This document shows positions 14,051 through 27,330 of a DNA stretch of 64,000 bases, in pieces. The position numbers were made by a program, and so were the translations under genes. Location: positions 49,903,770 to 49,967,769 of the forward strand of contig NC_068995.1 in NCBI RefSeq assembly GCF_001194135.2, written 5' to 3'. Numbering within the stretch: the first letter of the stretch is position 1; every line of letters begins with the position of its first letter. The stretch is from Octopus bimaculoides. Lineage: Eukaryota. The notes beneath the pieces are model-generated. The model did not search any database, had not been told where the DNA came from, and worked only from the letters and a program-made list of their open reading frames with translations.

Positions 14051-16279
14051 ACTAGTCTCATAAAACTTCATGGCCAATACATTTTGAATTACAACATCAA
14101 AGGTTGAATTTGTGTTTCCATTGCCATACTTTTATGTATATGGGTAGGTGACCGTGCGTGTCTGTGAAGACACGAGCAGACGTACGTATGTATATATGTC
14201 TATTTCGTTGTTGGTTAGTATCCGAGTAGCTGGAAGTTTTCTTTTTGCAATTTGGGTGATTATTTTGTGGCGAAGGTAAAGAATACGTACACCACCCGTT
14301 TTCGGCATAACAAAAGCCATAACCCTTTTTACTCTGTGTACGCATTCTTTATTTTCGCCATATTTCGCCTGAGATATAACTCTTTTTTCTATGGACAGAA
14401 GGCCTAAAATTTTGGTGAAAGGGACTTGTCGATTACATCAACTCCAGTGTGCTTGACTGGTACTCATTTTATCGACCCTGAACGTATGAAAGGCAAAGTC
14501 GACATCGGTGTATTCGAACTCGTAATGTAAAAGAGCTGGAAGAAATGAAACTTGGCATTTTGTCTGACGCACTGGCAATTCTTCCAGTTAGATATAATAA
14601 TCCTTTCTATCATAGGCATAAGGCCTGAAAATTTGAGGGAGGGAGCTAGTTGATTACATCGACCCCAGTGTTCAACTGCTAGACTCTTTAATTAAGAAGC
14701 TTAACTTCATTGATTGATTTTTAAAACGAATACATTAACATAACGCCAATAATTTCAATACGATACTATTTCGCTGTTCTGTGTTCGAATTTCGCTGTGG
14801 GGCGACTGCATTTCTTTACCTTTGATAAACTGCCGCCACAATTGACTGGCACCCTCCCCAAAAATTTCAGGCCTTGTGCCTGGAGTAGAAAAGAATATAC
14901 TACTAATTCCATTCACTACTACTCTTAACCACACGCTGACACCTGGTTCATGTTATCCCCATCCCCTCCCCAAATTTTTAAACCTCTCAAGATGCTATGC
15001 TTCATTAATTTTACTTAACATTCTATGCAAACAAACGAAACTATCCAATTTTCTGTCAATACTATTCACTCGTACATCACTGTTCTCTTTCTTTTTTTCT
15101 TCTTGCATATAGCCTGCATATGTGCACAAGTGTGTGTGTGTATGTGTGTGTGTGAGGTTTCATGCAAATATTTCAGGTAAGTGCTGAGATCATCAGATGA
15201 AATGCTCTTTCTGTAGAATTCGTTCATTGTCCTTTAACTTCATTTAACGTTCGTAAAACAATTAGTATCAGATTTTGGGGGGTTTAATATACCACAAGGT
15301 TCCATAATACTGAATAGCGGGAATGATATAACAAAACAAAGCACAGTTGTTACCCTCTACATCTGTCACTTTAAGCTAGGAATCGTTACTTGTGTATTTT
15401 CTCTATAGGTGGAGCCAAACAGAAAAGCTTACATAACTATAAAATTATGTAAAGAATAGTAGATATTTGAACATTGTTAACTGCGTAGACACAAACCGGT
15501 AGACAGATAGACAGGCAGACAGTCACATATAGATTGATACATTGATTGATAGAGATGTACATATTTGAATGTAATAGTCGACAACATCAAAGCGGTGAGG
15601 TGGGGGACTAAGCATGAGTTACACAAATCACTGAGAGCAAATATTTATATTAATAACTTTGGTTTGCAGTTTTTTGTTTTCCTTTTTTTCTTTTTTATTG
15701 CACACAGCAGTTCAAGCTGGATTAGATGAACAAACAGTTAGGTAGAACACTGAGGTAGATAGGTGTAGTGATTGATACACAGATAAATAAATAAAATAAT
15801 AATAAAAAAAGCAAATGGGAGACATAGGCACAGATACGTGCAGGATTGGTAGTGTGGTAAGAAATTTGCTTCCCAACCACATGATTTCAGGTTCAGTTCC
15901 ACTGCATGGAACCTTAGGGGAATACCAGTTTTTAAATGATTACTGGGTTCAATTTATTCAACAAAAACTCTTGAAAGTGGTGCCCCAGCATGGCCACAGT
16001 CCGTTGAGTGAAACAAATAAAAAATAAAAGATATTTTTTCATTATTTTACTTGTTTCAGTCATTTGCCTGTGGCCATTCTGGTGCACCAACTTAGAATTT
16101 TAGTCAAAGAAATCGACCCCCAAGACTTATTCTTTTTGTAAACCGAGTACTTGTTCTATCAGTCACTTTTGCCAAACCAGTAAGTTACAGGGATGTAAAC
16201 ACACCAACATTGGTCGTCAAACGATGGTGGGGGAACAAACTCAAACACAAAGACATACTTAAATATATGCATATATCTT

Positions 16280-16470
16280 TAAACTCCATCCTGTCAACAC
16301 CTCAGATGTAAAATTCCCCCCTGAAGATGGAGGCGGTATTATCTGATAATGGAACCAAGTAACTATCATTATTCCGAACCACCAGGACCCCAGAAACAGC
16401 TGTCAGACTCATAAAACTCTACCCATTTAACTCCTGATATCATTTATATTCTGTAAGTCAGACTATTTTG
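16280..16470 (+). mobile_element. Penelope-like element terminal fragment with hammerhead-like core
   Basis: CTGAAGA-TGG (16321) ... CCA-GAAAC-AGCT-GTC (ends 16404), with palindromic loop 3. Confidence 0.45.
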
Positions 16471-16560
16471 TATCCATACACATGTACATTTTCTCTATTA
16501 AATGTCTTCAACATTCTGTGTAAATTGACTTGCCTAACTTGCTTGTTATGTGTATGCATG

Positions 16561-16600
<40 letters not shown>

Positions 16601-16612
16601 NNNNNNNNNNTG

Positions 16613-16654
<42 letters not shown>

Positions 16655-17503
16655 GTATATTAACAATTTAATATTAAACTGAAGTATTGCTCAATACTTT
16701 TTAATAGAGAGCTTATTTAATTTTTGACAGTGTCTCAGAAGCTTCAGCTCACCAGCCACCGTCAGAGCAAAATGCACCTGCACAAGGCCTCCGCCAGTCA
16801 AATTAGACTATGCATTTTGCTTGTGCATGTAGGTGTAGACCAGGACAAGGTTTCTTCTGATAAAATTGCAGTTGTCCATACATGCAAGTCTTCCCACTCC
16901 GCATGATCGCTGATTTGAAACTGAAGACAGGCAAGGAAGACCTGGCACCAATGTCTTCAGAACCGGAACAGACAGTGCAACAGATGCAACAAAGTTAACT
17001 CATTTGGACTCTCTCAGAATTCCGCTGATCCACTTCTATCAATCGAATAGATAAACGACAAAGTTGGCCTCAAGAGGATTTGAACCCAAAGTGCAGATAG
17101 TTGAAAGAAATATCACTAAACAATTAATATCCAATGCTCTGATGATTCAGCTAAACTCCCTCATATTGTGTGTGTGTGTATGTATGTATATAGACATACA
17201 TACATATGTACGTACACACACACACACGTGTGTGTATGTTCAACTTAATTCAAAGACTAGGAGCAATCATGTGAGAAACTTAATACAGTTTAAAAAGTAA
17301 AAGCAAAGCATTGAGCTTCATGAAAAATATGACCTGTGTGTTTGCATGTTTATGAGAGACGGTGTGAAAAAGCAATAAAACACGATGCTGATTGAAGACA
17401 GTAAGAATGGTGAATGACCATAAACACATACAACAATAGACTGAGAAATATTTGTACCCACACAACATTACAATTCACATTCTACTAAAAAAAACAGAGA
17501 ACG

Positions 17504-17571
<68 letters not shown>

Positions 17572-18052
17572 GTATATATATATAAACTCACATTCCAATA
17601 TATGCAATGTTGTATGTCTGTATAACACAATAGGGATGGAAGAATGCCCCCCAACATGGCTGCTGAGAACATTTGGTGCAAAAGACAGTAAACAACGATG
17701 TTAGTATTGACGATGTGGGTGGATTTGATAGACAGAGGCCGAAAGAAGCCCATTATATATATATATGTGTGTGTGTGTGTATTTGTATGCTTGTGTGTCT
17801 GTGTTTGTCCCCTCCCAGCCACCATCGGTTGACAACTGATGCTAGTGTGTGTACGTCCCCATAACTTAGCAGTTCAACAAAAGAGACTGATAGGATAAGT
17901 ACTAGGCTTACAAAGAATAAGTCCCGGGGTTGATTTGTTTGACTAAAGGTGATGCTCCAGCATGGCCGCAGTCAAATGACTGAAACAAGTAAAAGAATAA
18001 AAGAATACGTATATGTATATATATATATATAGATACATGTATATATATATGT

Positions 18053-18112
<60 letters not shown>

Positions 18113-18381
18113 CTATATGTATATATATATGTGTGTGTCTGTGTTTATAACCCCACCATCGCTTGACAACTGATGTTGATGTGTTTACATCCCTGTAACT
18201 TAGCCATTTGGCAAAACACACCAACAGAATAAGTACTAGACTTACAAAGAATAAATCCTGGAGTCAATTTCTTCAACTAAAAGCAGTGCTCCAGCATGGC
18301 TGCAGTCACATGACCAAAACACGTAAAACAATAAAAGACTATGCCATTTTAAGCCCAAGCAATGCCAGGTATCTCTGCTAG

Positions 18382-18439
<58 letters not shown>

Positions 18440-19984
18440 CACACATATATATATACACATATATATATATACATATATATATTTGGGCCTTACGGTGGGG
18501 CCTCATGGACGCAATGACCAAGACCTTTGGCATTATGTCGTGCTTGAGAAGACCCATCAAGCCAAGCAAAATGGCAGTCGTGGCAGATACCCATGCTGGT
18601 GGCATGTAAAAGTACCCATTACACTCTCAGAGTGGTTGGCTTTAAGGAGGCCATGCAGCCATAGAAAACCATACCGAATCAGACTGGAGCCTGGCACAAC
18701 CTTCCAGCGTAACAGCCCAGTCAAACCGTCCAACCCATACCAGCATGGACAATGGACGTTAAATGATGATGTTGATTTGTATTATATATATTTATGTGTA
18801 TTATATATGTGTACGTTTATGTAGACACAATTGACATGTTAGAGCAAACAGGTATTTTAATGCCTTTTTGATATTGTTCCACTGACTGACATTGTCTACA
18901 AACCTCTTTTTCTCTGGTGGCGGCAGTGGTGAAAGTGCGGTTAGCGGCAGCCATAATGGTAACAATGGATATTGTACTTGAGAAAATAACGTGTGCCAGT
19001 TTCCATAACCAGGCCAAGAAAAAGTTTTATGAAGATAGCATACATTTAAAATTTTAGAAATCTAATAATGAATATGAAAGGTCGGTAGTATCAGAAAGTG
19101 CAACCCTGAGAAAAAGTTGGGGAAGAAGGACTGGGGATTTCCTTCTGAAGCATCCAAAGCAGTCGTGGGTAAAGTGCTGCCTCTAGGACTTTATGAATTG
19201 CATGCCTAATGAAAATTTAACTTCAGTTTTCTTTTGTCATATGCACCTGTTTCTTGGAAAAGATTGCCCATGTGGGATCTTAGACGGTGAGACCAGCAAT
19301 AGGCAAGAGCAGTGACTGTTGTAGTAAGGTTTTAGTCGGTAAGGAAGATTTGTTTAGATAAACAGTCCCTTTGTAATGAAGGAGACAAGGGGATTTTGTC
19401 TAAAATATGTTTGTACAAGTGTACAAATTTGTCTATTATAATGCAAAAGATTGTTTTGTTCTTTTTGTCTTTTCTACACCTGGATATGTCACTGCATATA
19501 TTAGTTAGACACAGAGTGACAGCAATCAACCCCCGTTTCTCCTCTCTTCCTTCTTCTCTCTTCCTTCTTCTCTCTTCCTTCTCCTCCTCCTTTTTCCTCC
19601 AGTTTTTCTTTTCTTAATTCTTCTTCCATTTTTTCTTCTTCATTCTCTTCTCTCTTTCCGATTCTCTTTTCTTCTCAATCACAAACACACACACACACAG
19701 CTCCTCTCTCTCTCTCTCTCTCTCTCCCTCTCTATCTCTATCTCTCTCTCTCTCTCCATCTCTTAATCCCACGTCAATGGCTTCTTTAAAATATCTCAGC
19801 TTTTACAAGATCCACTTTTCTCATATTTTTCGGTGATCCTTCTTCCTTCCTTGCATATATTTCTCTTGAAATACTCACTGCTTCGTGTTTTTCTCACCAA
19901 TCGCTTAACTTCCAACCGACACTCCCAACCTTACCCCATCATATACAAGTAAATTCTAATAAATCAGATTCCGGGTAGCATCAC

Positions 19985-20395
19985 ATCTCTTCTGCATCAG
20001 TAGCTCAAGAAGCAGCATGTGCTGAAGAAACAAGGAACAAAATGGTTTCAAATGCCGGCCATTTACTCTGATCTCTAAGCAGTTGCTTAGTGATCGCTAA
20101 GCAGTTGCTTGGTGATGAAGAAACGGTCCAAAAGCTAACTACTTTTAGGATAGTTTGCAAGTAACTACGGTCAACTGTTCTACATTGATCAGATTTGTAC
20201 TCAGTCCTGTCAGTGATGAATAGCATTATAGGGAGGTGGTCATGGATTGACTACTTCAGGATTGTGCAAGTTTGTGCTTCCCAAATAAGACCTCTGACCT
20301 TTTCATTAAGAGCTTGACCAAAATCTTGAACTCTGTGTTTAGCAGACTTATAGGTCAAAAACTGTCTACAATGTCCCCCTAGTTGGCATCTTTTC
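19985..20395 (-). mobile_element. L1/Tx1-clade LINE reverse transcriptase remnant
   Basis: Frameshifted pieces PISLLNTEFKILVKLL, EAQTCTILK*SIHDHL, VDRSYLQTILK and IRVNGRHLKPF match RT subdomain 1-4 consensus (RPISLLN.D.KIL; Q......R.I.DN; AFDRV...YL; VNG....F). Confidence 0.75.
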
Positions 20396-23076
20396 TCAGT
20401 GATGTATCCACTCCCCAGCTCAGTGGTGGTGGTGGTGGTGGTGGTGGTGGCGGCAGCGGTTTCTGTTGTTGTTGATCCAGAAGCCATAGTGTGAATGTAA
20501 TAGAACTTGAACTTAAATCATAAAGAGCTGCAACAAATAACACAAGGCATTTTTCTTTTCCGATATTCTAAGCAATCCCTCCAGCTTGCCACCATTAATA
20601 ATTTTCTAACACAGGCACAAGACCTGAAATTTGGGGGCAGTGGTCAGTTTAATTCCATCGACCCCCGATATTTAAATGGTTACTTTATTTTATTGACCCT
20701 GAAGAATGAAAGGAAAAAGTAACCTCAGGTGGGTTTGAACTCAGAACAAATATCACAATGCATTGTTCCCAGTGCTTGTGAGTTATGTCTATGAAGAGCA
20801 GACACAGTCTATTTATTCGTTTGCATTCTTTAAGTGGTTTACCTTTCAGAAGAATAGACTTGTTAACAAGAAACTCAACTTGTTAATATTTCAGTCTTCT
20901 CTACTGTGGTTAATGTAATTATTAAAAGCTTCTGTTCCCTGTAATTACTTCGTAGTGTCATGTTCTCCTGATTTATGTTTGATGTATTGTTTTATTACAA
21001 TGTAACTTATATCTGAATTGAAAGCAAACTTGTTTTTCTCAGTTCACAAACAGCATACTCACTCATTCTATTCTGTGTGAGTATGTGTGGGTGTCGCGAT
21101 GGGTATGGCAGCGAAATATAGACTTTTGTGTATAGAGAACTGTATATGGTGTGTATGTAAGATGTGTGATGATGTTTGTTAGTGAAATATGGACAAAGAA
21201 CATAGAGGGCTGTACATGGTGTGTGTGTGTATAGTAGTGAAGAATGGGAGTGAGAGTAAGAGTTAAGTGCTAGCTGTATTGGTGTTGTGCCAATGGTAAA
21301 TATATTAGTTCTGATGAAATGGTGTTGGTGACAGTTGCAGTAATAAAATTAAATGTTTTATTAGTAGTAGAACAGACTGTAGCTGTCATTGTTCCATACT
21401 TATAACAGGACACTAAAAAGATTTTCAAGCCACTTCATTCGATAGCAAGATGATAAAAATAAAAACTAGTGAGAAAAAGGCATTGATTAGTGGATAGTCA
21501 GCCGTAAACTGTTTGTCTTTATGACTCCACCCCCCTCCACAACTCTAAACTCTAAACTCTCATATGAAAATACAATGATTGCAACACTAGGAAATCCTGT
21601 TTCAACATGGCTAACTAATCCTGTTTCAACAAGGTTTACTAACTGATAATTATGTCTTATCACTGTTGTTGTTGCCATTCAGTTTTCATCCTTCAAAGAT
21701 GTTCAAGCTGTGGCCATCCCATCTTTTACTCAGACACAGTGTATCTGGGAGTACATTATCTAATGTATAGCTTTTCAATATTAATGGCTATAATTAAGGC
21801 ACCAAACTGGCAGAACCGTTAGCATGCGGGACAAAAAGCTTAGCGACTTTTTGTCCATCTTAACATTCTGAGTGCAAATTCTGCCAAAGTCATCTTTGCT
21901 GTTCATCCTTTAGGATGGGGGGGTCAATAAAATAAGTACCAGTTGAGCACTGGGGTCAATGTGATCGACTTAGCCCCTCCCCACGAAACTGCTGGCATTC
22001 TGCCAAAATTTAAAACTAGTATTAATGGCTATAGAAATGGTTGTTGCTTGGCCCTCGAGTCATCCCTGATCCAGTAGATCTACAATCAAAAATGTTTCAT
22101 CTGTAACCTCCAGTCATGACCATTCCATTCAGTCACAGTATATCTAGAACTACACTGTCTAATATGGCCCTTCAACGACAGCTCAATCCCGTTCTGTGAA
22201 GGTATATAGCCTAATAGTTAAGGTGTTAGGTTTATGATTGTAGGGCCCCAGCATTCAGCTCATGGACAGGGCAGCATGTTGTGTCCTTCCCATTGCTCCT
22301 GTTTACTCAACTACAATGAATACCAGCCCTCTCTTCTTCCAGCAGACACATCTTAGTTGTTCTTCTGAGCAAAGGGAGATGGGGTTATGAGGGTGTCTAT
22401 GTACATTCACTACGTCAGCAAGTAAAACAATTTGCAAAGAATGATACACATTACCAAGTCATAATGGTGACGGTAGTTGGATGTATTCTATTAATAGCAT
22501 TCCAGCAGAACTGTGATCATTCGTTATCCAGCCTTGCCTACCTCGTCTTTTACTCAGATGTAGTGTATCTAAAACTGCGTCTGTGTTCTTACCCATGGTA
22601 AAACAATAGGGGTGCAATGAACAGTAGCAGCTCAGATGTAGAGGAGTGGTGTTAGTGTGGTGTTGAAATGTTGTTTGAGAGAGGGGTGAGTGCATACCCT
22701 TTGCCAGAGTGCAGCTTAGAAGTCCTTAGTAAATACACAACTCAGTGTGTTGTAGGGGGGGGGGGAGTAATCTTCTCTATGACTTTGAGATACACCCACA
22801 TTGATTTAAACTCTACAATGTAAGCAAATGAAACAATCATCTACATTGCATTTCGTTATTTCACCTCCTTGTTGTACCTATTTTAGCGAAATGAACTCAG
22901 CCACTTTATAATTTTGCATTACAACCATGGGCACAGCTGAAAGAACTTATGTAGGCCAGCAACATACACACACACATGCATACTCTGTAGAGTGTGAGAG
23001 ATGAAAGAGTTTAGCAAATATAGGAACAAGAAATTGGTCAGTATATGCATGTTTTCCATTCACTAGTCAGCAAGTA

Positions 23077-23280
23077 GGGAATTCCATGTCTCAACACAAA
23101 TTTCCTTTCATGAGGGCACCAAATAAACACTTCACTTTTGGAGTTTAAGAAGTCTCCTAGGTCAAGCAAATTCTTTATGCTTGACTCAAGAGGTGGGGGG
23201 GGGCTTCTTAAACTACAAAAGTGAGGTGTTTAGTTGGTGCCCTCATGAGGGGAAATCAGTGTTGGGGACATGGAATTCCC
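23077..23280. repeat. 204-nt near-perfect inverted repeat (hairpin, 9-nt loop)
   Basis: GGGAATTCCATGTC...CATGAGGGCACCAA...GTCAAGCA [AATTCTTTA] TGCTTGAC...TTGGTGCCCTCATG...GACATGGAATTCCC. Confidence 0.85.
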
Positions 23281-24589
23281 CGCTCATGGAAATCATATTG
23301 ACCTTTTCAGGCACAACTTAAACTGGTCAAAGGGAGATGATTCTATTTCACCCAGAAGGGATGCTCCTTAGTAGAACTTTGTTTTAGGGTTTTTTTTTTT
23401 TTAACAACGCTGACATTCCTGCCTCCAGTTGTAAAGAGGCTTTGTGCTTCTCATCTGTAGGTCTGCTGAGTCTCCTACATAGCTAAGAGCGTTATAGGTG
23501 TGAAACCAATGATAACCTCCTGATCAGCCATAACCAACAACTACATTAAATGTGTGTGTGTGTGTATGAATATATGCATATATATGTACATATGTGTGTA
23601 TATATATATGTATGAGTGTGTGTGTATAAATGTGAAATATCTAAATAAAGAAATAGACTGATGGAGTGATCATAGCTGAAACACCATCTATAATAGGTCT
23701 ACTGGATCAGCACTAGCCTAGGGTTAAACAACATAAATAACAACTGTTGTCAATGGTCATGGGTGGAACATCTGCTGGGTCAAGGATAACCCTAGGCTAA
23801 ACAAGAATAACACTTATTACTATTTAGATAAGATAAGACTTATTGATCATTTAGTAAATTGAATGCTTTTAACTAAGACAACAGCCTTCTTGGAACAGGA
23901 TTTCCTTGCGTTATGAGAATTATATATTCATATCAGAGCTGGAATTTAAACTTAGGGGAGAATAAAGAAACTAGTATTTGGTGTGGTTATTGTAAAGGAA
24001 TAAAAGGTGTGAGCTTGAGACACTGATTGGATGACCGGCAGCTGTCTTTAAAATTACCATGCCAAATACTAGATTCCTTATTCACTCCTAAGTTTAAATT
24101 CCAGTTCTCATACAAAAATAGAATTAATATAATACTAGGAAATCCTGTTACAACAAGGTTGCTGTCTTAGTTTAAAGCATTCGTTTTATATATATATTCA
24201 ATTGATGTTTGTGTGTGTGTGTGAGTTATCATTCAATTTATTTCAAGATTTCCTGCCAATAGAGAAAGAACTGGTTTCTAACCAAGACTTCTTCATTGGC
24301 ATTTCAACATCAACAACAGGGTATTTTTGTTTGTATGGTTTGCAATGTTTGCAGTCATGTATGCTTGCCAAGAGCAGGGCTCATTAGTCACCAGCAGAGC
24401 TGCAAATGCAAAATATAAGTTAATCCTAGAGTGCACAATGTTCCTAAAGGTCAGCAATGGCGTTCCTCAATCATGAGTGGCCGGCCATCATGTATGTATG
24501 TATGTATGTGCAGATTTGTATGTTTTATGTATGTATTCTCATGCATATAGTTGCATATCTAAACATGCTCATATATATTTAAATTATAA

Positions 24590-24837
24590 ACTTCTGGAAA
24601 GTTTTACAGTTACAGTGATGGATTGGATCTGTAGTCTTCGAATTAGCTTTCTCCATTCTGGTTTTGAGAAGCCTAATTTCTCGAGATTGGTATTTAGGCA
24701 GTTTGTTACATATCCCAGGGACCCAATAATTACAGGTTCAGCATAGGTGTTCTCTTTTACACTGATCTTCAGCTTTGTGTTAACATCCTCTGGGCAGCTA
24801 ATTTCCACAACTGTGCACAGTTCCTCTTTATCCAATA
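24590..24837 (-). mobile_element. Restriction-like endonuclease (RLE) domain fragment of an R4/Dong-type non-LTR retrotransposon
   Basis: ILDKEELCTVVEISCPEDVNTKLKISVKENTYAEP-VIIGSLGYVTNCLNTNLEKLGF matches the RLE DK...IID...P.D.N...KE..K..Y...V.IG.LG pattern. Confidence 0.7.
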
Positions 24838-25009
24838 TATGTATGTATGTATGAAAAGTATGTATGTGTGCATGTTTATATGCATCTGGGGATTGCGTGT
24901 GTACATACATACATGTAGTTAGCCAATGTCCCAGAACCATTGATGAGTGCTCTTGAATGCATGAACAATACTTAGTACACTACTTTGCTCTTTAGGGGTG
25001 ATAAGGAAT

Positions 25010-26160
25010 AAATCAAGTCAGATAGCATTCACTATCAAAAAGGCATCTTTCGGGATGATAGCCTGTTGGTTCTGCTGCTTGTCCACTCCTTAAATCCCCT
25101 ATCATACCTACACATGAAACATAGTAGCCATGAAAATGGATCCAGAAGTATCCCCCATCTATTCTTTGTTGATGACCTGAAACTGTGTGGGTCAAATATC
25201 AACCACATAAAAAAGCTATTGGACCTCGTTACCCAATTTTCTACAGATATTGGAACGAAATTTGGTGAGTCCAAATATGCATTTTTGACAATAATGTGTA
25301 GAAAAGTTGTACCCTCCTGAAAACCTAAAAATAAACAGCTTGACAACACAATCTCTACAGTCAGGTGATAATTGTAGGTATCTTGGACAAAATGAGAATG
25401 TTAGATATGATGGACCCATATATAAGGAGAGGACCAGAAAGGAATACTGCAGGACAGTGAAGAGATTATGGTCATCAGAACTCTCAGCTTACAATTAGCT
25501 TATTGCCCACAACATCTTTGTCGTACCTGTCTTCACACCTGTGTTTGGCCTTCTGGATTGGTCACTACAAGAACTCAATGAGACAGATGTTCAAGCTCAC
25601 AAGCTACTCAGTGTTGCAGGAAACTTCAGCATCAATGGAGATGTAGGCAGGCTATACTTCCCACGCAAGGCAAGTGGTCACGGTCTCGGATCTGTATTAA
25701 TGTCATATGAGGCACGTATTGTGACACTGAAACATCTGCAGCAGAGGAAAGAGACCAGTAACCATCATACTGGTTTGTGACCTTGAAATCTATAATGTAA
25801 TTAGGATAGTCAATGAGCTTGAAAGAGTGGTATGAAATAAGAACTGATACAGATCATTCTCCAAAGGGCTTTGGTAAAAATCTATTAAACAGAATACAAA
25901 GTGGACCAGTTCACTGAGGAGGTAATACATCTGTACTTGGCATGTAAAACAAACTGTAGAACGGATTGATCATGTCAAAGGTTTGGCATGGAGTACTGGA
26001 CAAGTTTATGACATCCCAATTTGAAGGCCACCTCCATGCAATTCAAGAACAAGTGATCCTCACCAAGTATCTGCAACATAAGAGGCAGAAAACATTGACA
26101 AAACAACAAGTGTAGGTTATGCAAGACCAAGACATCAGCCTCATTATTACCAACTTTGAG
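25010..26160 (+). mobile_element. R4/Dong-type non-LTR retrotransposon remnant (RT, thumb, zinc knuckle)
   Basis: KGIFRDDSL..LNPLS, HLFFVDDLKL (YMDDLKL-type), FSTDIGTKFGESK, RYLG, DVGRLYFPRKASGHGL, AIQEQVILTKYL and KCRLCK, with stops and frameshifts. Confidence 0.85.
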
Positions 26161-27111
26161 AGAATGTCTTTCAGATATTATCTTTCCATGTGTGTGTGTG
26201 TGTGTATTTGTCGTCCCCCCTATCTCCAATCACTGCTTGATAGCTGGTGTTGGTGTGTTTATGTACCCGTAACTTAACAATTCAGCAAAGGAGACCAATA
26301 GAATAAATACTAGGCTTACAAAGAGTAAGTCCTGGGGGTCGATTTGCCTGCCTTATACTCCCATAAATACGATAAAGCTAGTAAAAAAGAAAGCCTTTAG
26401 CCTCTCGTTGCCACTAATTAAGTTGAAAAAAAAAAAAATCTAGATCCATCGTCTCTTGCCGCTAATAAATCTATAACATTTCCATCCTCTATCACTTAAA
26501 TATTAATTCTTTTTTGGAACAGGCACTCTTCGGCGTTTTGTATCGAAAAGAGGTTTCAGTTCAATATTTTACATGCTTATATGTATAGCTTTATGCGCTT
26601 CGAGATTCACTATTCCCCACCACCACCTCACAAAAATGAAAAAGAAACATTTCACGTTCTCTCGAAAATTTATGAATCCTTCTGATATCAACTTCAATTT
26701 TAATTAATATGAAGGGGGGAGAAACGAATAACCTCAATTACTTCGTCACTAATTAATCTAAAAAAGAAAATCTCATAATCTATGCCACTTTGCTGCTAAC
26801 ATATAATCGGTGTAACTAATTAATTTGAAAAATAAAACCTGTTGTCTCTGAGAGATAAAGTCTATTTAATTTCATGCTTGTGTTTGATTGTTATAGTTAT
26901 TTTATGAACGCCTGAAATATGAAAAATAAAGTTATACTTTGTGGAATTTGCAATTAGTATTCAGTAAAGTTAGATAACTCTGGACTACATTACTCCAGTT
27001 ATCCCCCTTAAAAGTCTGAAATTATTTGCTGTTCTTAGATTCAATTCACGTAGAGAGCCAAGACAGGCGAAGGTATTAAATTAATATCGCAATTTTGTTC
27101 TGTTTTTGCAG

Positions 27112-27330
27112 GCTAGTGATGTGGTACCTTTCATACTCGACAGTAAATTGTACTCCCATGTGTTAAAGAGGATTGTTGGAATGGTAGCTGCCGCAGAATC
27201 CGTTCTCGATGAAACTGATCCCGATTTTGCCGAAGCTATTCTAGATGCAACTTATGGAATTCTCTTAAAAGGCCAGAAAAAGCTACTATATGACGAAGTG
27301 TTTGGGTTACACGTTGTGGACTCTCCCTGA
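27112..27330 (+). CDS. Orphan terminal coding exon of unknown protein (ASDVVPFILDSKLYSHVLKRIVGMVAAAESVLDETDPDFAEAILDATYGILLKGQKKLLYDEVFGLHVVDSP*)
   Basis: Strong acceptor TTTTGTTCTGTTTTTGCAG ending at 27111; 72 open codons of globular-protein composition in non-repeat DNA; TGA at 27328-27330; AATAAA at 27642-27647. No family recognised. Confidence 0.5.
   Translation, partial: ASDVVPFILDSKLYSHVLKRIVGMVAAAESVLDETDPDFAEAILDATYGILLKGQKKLLYDEVFGLHVVDSP

Noticed and set aside
20005-20487. Two same-frame minus-strand ORFs (MASGSTTT... and MLFITDR...) separated by one TAG, resembling a readthrough gene or retrocopy
   Set aside because: Alternate frames give LINE RT motifs (PISLLNTEFKIL, IRVNG); the ATG and poly-Thr come from a (GGT)n microsatellite.
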